NCBI GenBank assembly: GCA_000965745.1
Contig: CP009479.1
Coordinates: forward strand, 768,001 to 832,000
DNA: 64,000 nucleotides
Direction of reading: 5' to 3'
Source: an uncultured archaeon
GTDB lineage: Archaea; Thermoplasmatota; Thermoplasmata; Thermoplasmatales; Thermoplasmataceae
Of this stretch, positions 59,072-64,000 are shown piece after piece (the stretch's first letter is position 1; each line of letters begins with the position of its first letter). The position numbers and the translations under genes are program-made. The notes under the pieces are model-generated. The model was not told the origin of the DNA and searched no databases. It saw nothing but the letters and a program-made list of their open reading frames with translations.

Positions 59072-60351
59072 AGCGGCTTTCTGATAGTCTTGTTCCTGTC
59101 AGCACCAAGGGATATGATTTCGACAGGCCTTTTCATCCTGTTCTCTATGTATTCTATGTATTCCTTCACTTCTCTGGGCAGGTCTGAATATTCGATCCTC
59201 TTTCCATCCTTCCCAATGTCTGAAAGATCTCCCCATGGCTTGAATTCCCTGTAGGACACTTTCACCTTTTCAAGGTCATCAAGGCTTCTCGGAATGTATT
59301 TTATTTCTTCACCGTCGAGGGAGTATCTCTCGCCAACGTATACCCTGTCCATCTGGCCAAGCGTGTCAATTTTTGTTATAGCGAGGGTATCAACATCATT
59401 TATTCTGATAGCGTATGAAAGCAGGTTCAGATCCAGCCATCCAACTCTCCTTGGCCTTCCGGTTGTGGTTCCGTACTCATTTCCATAGCCTCTAAGTCTG
59501 TCCGCGTCCTCTCCTGAAATCTCAGTCGGGAAGGGTCCTGCACCGACCTTTGATGTGTATGCCTTTACAACTCCAATCACTCTGTCCACTTTTCTAAAGG
59601 GAAAGCCTGAACCGTTGGACAAAGCGCCAGCAAGGGTATTGGAAGAAGTCACAAACGGGTACAGTCCGAAATCTATGTCAAGCATAGTTCCCTGTGCACC
59701 TTCGAAAAGTATGTTTTCTCCCTTCTCGTACGAATCGAAAATAAAGTCCTCAGTGTAGTCAAGATACTTAGATATCTCCTTTCCGGCTTTCAGGAGCTTT
59801 TCCACCATCCGGAACCGTGCATCATCAGAGTTGAATTCTGAACCTTCCAGGAGTGCTTTCTTCATTCGGAAAATCGTTTCCACCTTATCGGTAAGAATCT
59901 CCCTGTCCAGAAGATCTACCATTCTGACTCCTGTGCGTGCGTACTTGTCCTCATAGGTAGGACCAATTCCCTGGGCAGTTGTCCCTATCCTAAGCTTGGA
60001 CCGGATTTCTTCCTCGGCTTTGTCAAGGAATTTATGTAGGGGTGTTACTACGTGGGCAAGCCTGCTTATCTTGATCTGAACATCCGCGTGGACATGCTTC
60101 AATTTATCAATCTCGTCAAGCAGCCCGAACGGATCGATTACCATCCCATTGCCGAGAATAACGTTCCTGCTCCTCAGAGCTCCTGCGGGTATGAGGTAGA
60201 ACTTATGGAGTCCCTTGTCGGTAACCACAGTGTGGCCGGCATTGTTCCCGCCGTTGAATCTCACCACCGTGCTGTACTTCTCACTCAGGTAATCAGTGAC
60301 TTTCCCCTTCCCTTCATCTCCAAACTGGAGACCTAAAATTACTGTAATCAT
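59068..60351 (-). CDS. purA: Adenylosuccinate synthetase
   Basis: QFGDEGKGK, GGNNAGHT, IGTT.QGIGP, EGAQG, EYGTTTGRPRRVGW; ATG 60351 (GTG 60369 alternative). Confidence 0.97.
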   Translation of the reverse strand: MITVILGLQFGDEGKGKVTDYLSEKYSTVVRFNGGNNAGHTVVTDKGLHKFYLIPAGALRSRNVILGNGMVIDPFGLLDEIDKLKHVHADVQIKISRLAHVVTPLHKFLDKAEEEIRSKLRIGTTAQGIGPTYEDKYARTGVRMVDLLDREILTDKVETIFRMKKALLEGSEFNSDDARFRMVEKLLKAGKEISKYLDYTEDFIFDSYEKGENILFEGAQGTMLDIDFGLYPFVTSSNTLAGALSNGSGFPFRKVDRVIGVVKAYTSKVGAGPFPTEISGEDADRLRGYGNEYGTTTGRPRRVGWLDLNLLSYAIRINDVDTLAITKIDTLGQMDRVYVGERYSLDGEEIKYIPRSLDDLEKVKVSYREFKPWGDLSDIGKDGKRIEYSDLPREVKEYIEYIENRMKRPVEIISLGADRNKTIRKPL

Positions 60352-60581
60352 AACAACGTGAACGCTCACCAGAATGAGCTAATCACTCTCACCTCCAACC
60401 AATTCATTCCGAAAACCCTTCTCTAATTCGGCAAAAGCATATTATGGTTATCCAAGTGAAAAATGGATCATGGGAAGGCACATGGCATAATCACGGTACT
60501 ATGCTCATATTTTGGAGCTCAGTAATATAACAGTATATGAGAAAATTAAAAGTCATTGGTCTGCATAACAGGGTGATTCAG

Positions 60582-61799
60582 ATGGCTTATATTGAAGTCA
60601 AGGAAAACTCAGAAATTATCGTTCCAGACAATCCAACCATAGGCTACATAGAAGGTGACGGAATAGGTCCGGATATAAGCAAGGCCACAATATCAGTAAT
60701 AAATTCCGCCCTGGAATTCTCGTATGAAGGTTCCAGGTCAATAGTATGGGAAAAGGTATTCGCTGGAGAGGAGGCTTTCGAAAAGACAGGAAAACATCTG
60801 CCCCAGGAATCCCTCGATCAGATAAGGAAGTGTGTGGTCGCAATCAAGGGTCCGCTGACAACACCCATCGGGCAAGGATTCAGGAGCCTGAATGTCGCGC
60901 TCAGGCAGTATTTTGACCTTTATGCAAACGTGAGGCCGGTCAAGTACTTCCCCGGAGTGCCTTCACCTGTAAAAGCCCCGGAAAAAATGAATATGGTCGT
61001 ATTCAGGGAGAACACAGAGGATGTGTACGCAGGAATAGAATGGAAACACGACTCTTTGGAAGCGGCTGAGGTAAGGAACTTCCTTTCAAGCAAGCTTGGG
61101 GTAAAGCTTACTGATGACACTGGAATAGGGCTGAAACCTATAAGCAGGTTCAGGTCAAGCAGGCTGGTAAGAAAAGCCATCCAGTATGCAATCAAGAACA
61201 ACAGGAGAAGTGTAACCCTTGTCCACAAGGGAAACATAATGAAATACACTGAGGGGGCGTTCAAGGACTGGGGATATGAAGTGGCCTCATCCGAATTCTC
61301 CGAAGAAACTGTCACCGAAGAGGACTACATGAAGGACCCAGAACTGTATTCAGGAAAGATAATTGTGAAAGACAGGATTGCAGACAACATGTTTCAACAG
61401 ATCCTGACAAGGACGGATGACTACGACATCATTGCAACAACAAACCTTAACGGCGACTATCTGTCCGATGCCATGGCAGCTCAGGTTGGAGGCCTTGGCC
61501 TCGCGCCTGGAGGAAACATGGGAGATACGCATGCAATCTTTGAGGCAGTTCACGGAACAGCTCCAAAATATGCCGGCCTTGATGTTGCGAACCCCACTTC
61601 ATTGATGCTGTCTGGTGTAATGATGCTACGGCACCTTGGTTGGTCTGAGGCTGCAGATGTCACAGAATCAGCAATCATGGAAGCATATTCGGATCAGAAG
61701 GTAACACAGGATCTGGCAAGGGTTCTTAACATAAAGGCTCTGAAATGCTCTGAATTTGCCGAAGAAGTGATCAAGCGCATGAAATCCCCAAAACAGTAA
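60582..61799 (+). CDS. icd: NADP-dependent isocitrate dehydrogenase
   Basis: EGDGIGP, KGPLTTP.G.GFRSLNV, RENTED, HKGNIMKYTEG, NLNGDYLSD, HGTAPKYAG; GGGTGA RBS. Confidence 0.96.
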   Translation: MAYIEVKENSEIIVPDNPTIGYIEGDGIGPDISKATISVINSALEFSYEGSRSIVWEKVFAGEEAFEKTGKHLPQESLDQIRKCVVAIKGPLTTPIGQGFRSLNVALRQYFDLYANVRPVKYFPGVPSPVKAPEKMNMVVFRENTEDVYAGIEWKHDSLEAAEVRNFLSSKLGVKLTDDTGIGLKPISRFRSSRLVRKAIQYAIKNNRRSVTLVHKGNIMKYTEGAFKDWGYEVASSEFSEETVTEEDYMKDPELYSGKIIVKDRIADNMFQQILTRTDDYDIIATTNLNGDYLSDAMAAQVGGLGLAPGGNMGDTHAIFEAVHGTAPKYAGLDVANPTSLMLSGVMMLRHLGWSEAADVTESAIMEAYSDQKVTQDLARVLNIKALKCSEFAEEVIKRMKSPKQ

Positions 61800-61811
61800 T
61801 AAAAACTGATT

Positions 61812-61830
61812 CCCCCTTTCACCGGGGGGG
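61812..61830. terminator. C/G hairpin between convergent icd and aldehyde dehydrogenase genes
   Basis: CCCCC-TTTCACC-GGGGGGG in a 42-nt convergent gap. Confidence 0.4.
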
Positions 61831-61841
61831 TTAAAACCAGT

Positions 61842-63212
61842 TCATCTTTTGAATATTGCCAGTTTGATCTCTGTCATTTCTTCAATAGAGAATCTTACGC
61901 CTTCCCTCCCAAGCCCACTCTTTTTCATTCCCCCGAAGGGCATGGTATCAACCCTGAAGTCGGAAGTGTCATTAACAAGGACCGCACCGAAGTCCAGCCT
62001 GTCTATGGCGTGCATTGCCAGGTCCATGCTGGCAGTGAAGATACCGGCCTGAAGTCCATATGAAACGCCGTTGGCAAGTTCCAGAGCTTCCTCCATCGAA
62101 CTTACACTTTTCAACATCGTTACGGGCCCGAAAATCTCCTTCGTCCACACATCAGAACCTGTATCAACATCTTCCAGCACCGTAGGATGCATTACCACTC
62201 CTTCTCTACGCCCACCTGCTAGGAGGGAAGCTCCCCCTTTCACGGCATCTTCCACCAGGGACTCAACTCTCTTTGCTTCTCCTTCCGAAATCATCGGGCC
62301 CACATCCGTTTCTGGATTCAGCGGGTCGCCGATCTTGAGCCTGGATGTCAGTTCAAGAACCCTGTTCTTCAAGTATTCGTAGACATCATCCTTGATCAGA
62401 ATTCTCTGAGCATGAATGCAGTTCTGCCCCTGCGCCTCGAAGGCTGCATCAACTACAAGTTCTGCAGCCTGATCCAGATCCGCATCATTCCAGACTATCA
62501 CAGGAGAGTTGTTCCCAAGCTCCATTGAGTATTTCTTTATTCCCGACTCCCTGATGAGCTTGTCCGCGGCCTCCGGCCCCCCCGTGAATGTTACCATCTT
62601 GATGTCCTCTGCATTCAGGAAGTACTTCGTGACCTCTCCGCTTCCCGAAGCAAGCACTGTCTGCAGTGCATGCTCGGGAAGTCCTGCTTCAACAAGCGCC
62701 TCTCTTAGCTTCACTGCGGATTGTGGAGTAAGGGAGGCAGGCTTGTTGATTACGGAATTCCCGGCTGCAAGTGCGGGGCCCACTTTGTGCGCCACGAGAT
62801 TCAGTGGGTCATTGAATGGTGTGACAGCAAACACAGGGCCGATTGGCACTCTTGTGTAGTATGCAAATCTGTTTATCCCTCTTGGCTCAACATCCAGAGG
62901 TATTGTCTCCCCGTATATCCGCTTGGCCTCCTCACCAGATGTGAGCATCGTGAACGCAGCTCTCCTGACTTCCCCCCTCGCATACTTTATCGGTTTTCCC
63001 GCTTCCGAGGAAATTGTCCTGGCAAACTCATCAATCTCCCGTTCAATAATCTTGGAAGCATCGTAGAGTATTTCATACCTCTCGTAGGCAGGCATTTTCT
63101 TCATGGTCTGAAACGCCTCCTTTGCCTTTTCTAAAACGGATTCCGCATCCTTGAGTGAAGTGTCAGGCAGTTTAACAAATTCCTCCTGGGTATATTTGTT
63201 CTTGACAATCAT
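61842..63212 (-). CDS. NAD(P)-dependent aldehyde dehydrogenase (lactaldehyde DH/GAPN-like)
   Basis: TPFNDPLN, KPA, FTGG, MELGNN, catalytic GQNC, EIFGPV, PFGG.K.SG.GREG. Confidence 0.93.
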   Translation of the reverse strand: MIVKNKYTQEEFVKLPDTSLKDAESVLEKAKEAFQTMKKMPAYERYEILYDASKIIEREIDEFARTISSEAGKPIKYARGEVRRAAFTMLTSGEEAKRIYGETIPLDVEPRGINRFAYYTRVPIGPVFAVTPFNDPLNLVAHKVGPALAAGNSVINKPASLTPQSAVKLREALVEAGLPEHALQTVLASGSGEVTKYFLNAEDIKMVTFTGGPEAADKLIRESGIKKYSMELGNNSPVIVWNDADLDQAAELVVDAAFEAQGQNCIHAQRILIKDDVYEYLKNRVLELTSRLKIGDPLNPETDVGPMISEGEAKRVESLVEDAVKGGASLLAGGRREGVVMHPTVLEDVDTGSDVWTKEIFGPVTMLKSVSSMEEALELANGVSYGLQAGIFTASMDLAMHAIDRLDFGAVLVNDTSDFRVDTMPFGGMKKSGLGREGVRFSIEEMTEIKLAIFKR

Positions 63213-63379
63213 GAATAAGAAATTCAACAAATGAAATATATCTTATTCCATATCTGTTCGAAAATATGGGTTAAAAACAGGCAAATTTTCGAAGAAATGA
63301 TGGGCATCCAGCAACACATGAGCCATATTTCCCTTCTTGCAGTATATAGCCGGTAGATTGTCTTTCTGGAGCTAAGGGT

Positions 63380-64000
63380 TTATACTATCTCGAGATTAAA
63401 AGGCTTCAGAAGGCCCATCTCTGTCGCTTTCTTGTAATAGAGCTCAAGAGCCTTTCTTCCCTTGTCGCCAAAGTCTACGGATAGATCATTCACATACATC
63501 CGGATAAATTTCCTCTCAAGCTCAATATCGGCATACCTCGCATACTTAAGGGAATATCTGACCGCATCCGTCTCATTCTCCATGGCATATTTTATTGAGT
63601 TTTCAAAATCTTCTTTGTAAAGTTTTGCGTTCTCCTTTCCAAGGGATTTCTTTATTGCGTTGAATCCAAGGGGTATCGGGAGATCGCCAGCGTATTTTTT
63701 CCACTCTTCATACAGGTCCAGTACCTTAATGAGCCCCTTATCCTGGAAAGTTAGCTGTTCGTCATGAATTATTATCCCGGCATCTATCTCCCCCGAAAGA
63801 ACTGCTTCGGGTATCTTGTCAAATCTCATTTCCTTGTATTCTTTTGCCCCTTTTCCAAACATTCTGTACAGGAGGTAAGCAGATGTGAATTTTCCCGGGA
63901 TTCCGATTACTGCATCATTGAAATCCACGTCCTTCCTGGAAACGACGATGGGCCCGTAGCTTATGCCGAAACTCGCTCCGGAACTTGTAAGGTAGTATTT
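63380..64000 (-). CDS. mqnD: MqnA/MqnD-family menaquinone (futalosine pathway) protein, probably MqnD; 5' end outside the window
   Basis: Frame open to the window edge: SSGASFGISYGPIVV, IPGKFTSAYLL, DAGIIIHDEQLT, LPIPLG, FIRMYVN. Confidence 0.8.
   Translation of the reverse strand, partial: KYYLTSSGASFGISYGPIVVSRKDVDFNDAVIGIPGKFTSAYLLYRMFGKGAKEYKEMRFDKIPEAVLSGEIDAGIIIHDEQLTFQDKGLIKVLDLYEEWKKYAGDLPIPLGFNAIKKSLGKENAKLYKEDFENSIKYAMENETDAVRYSLKYARYADIELERKFIRMYVNDLSVDFGDKGRKALELYYKKATEMGLLKPFNLEIV

Noticed and set aside
1-64000. tRNA/rRNA genes, CRISPR arrays, IS elements, inteins in polC
   Set aside because: No such signatures seen by eye; small RNAs could be missed without tRNAscan/Infernal

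Overview
Gene-dense, mostly housekeeping chromosomal segment of an archaeon. It is most likely a Thermoplasmatales member, an inference from the DP2 polymerase, aIF6, Nob1, Tsr3, CarS, Hjc, S19e/L39e/L31e, thermopsin, TATA boxes about 25 nt upstream of many starts, and GGAGG/GGTGA ribosome-binding sites. I support about 63 CDS, including rpl39e (missed by the ORF track), and one probable frameshifted gene. I found no rRNA, tRNA, CRISPR array, transposase or integrase. The best second-look items are: (1) a fused EtfB-EtfA with bifurcating/Fix-type motifs, translationally coupled to a stand-alone Rieske ferredoxin and lacking its usual partners; (2) a 468-aa helical protein with four regularly spaced His motifs next to an MFS transporter; (3) an apparently accessory redox/uptake cluster between sod and ogg (two Zn-ADHs, one without its structural Zn site, a Tat-less GMC flavoprotein plus small subunit, and an APC permease); (4) a full-length acyl-CoA ligase homologue whose catalytic motifs are degenerate; (5) a divergent CbiB-like protein. 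All family assignments come from motif recognition by eye; no searches were run.
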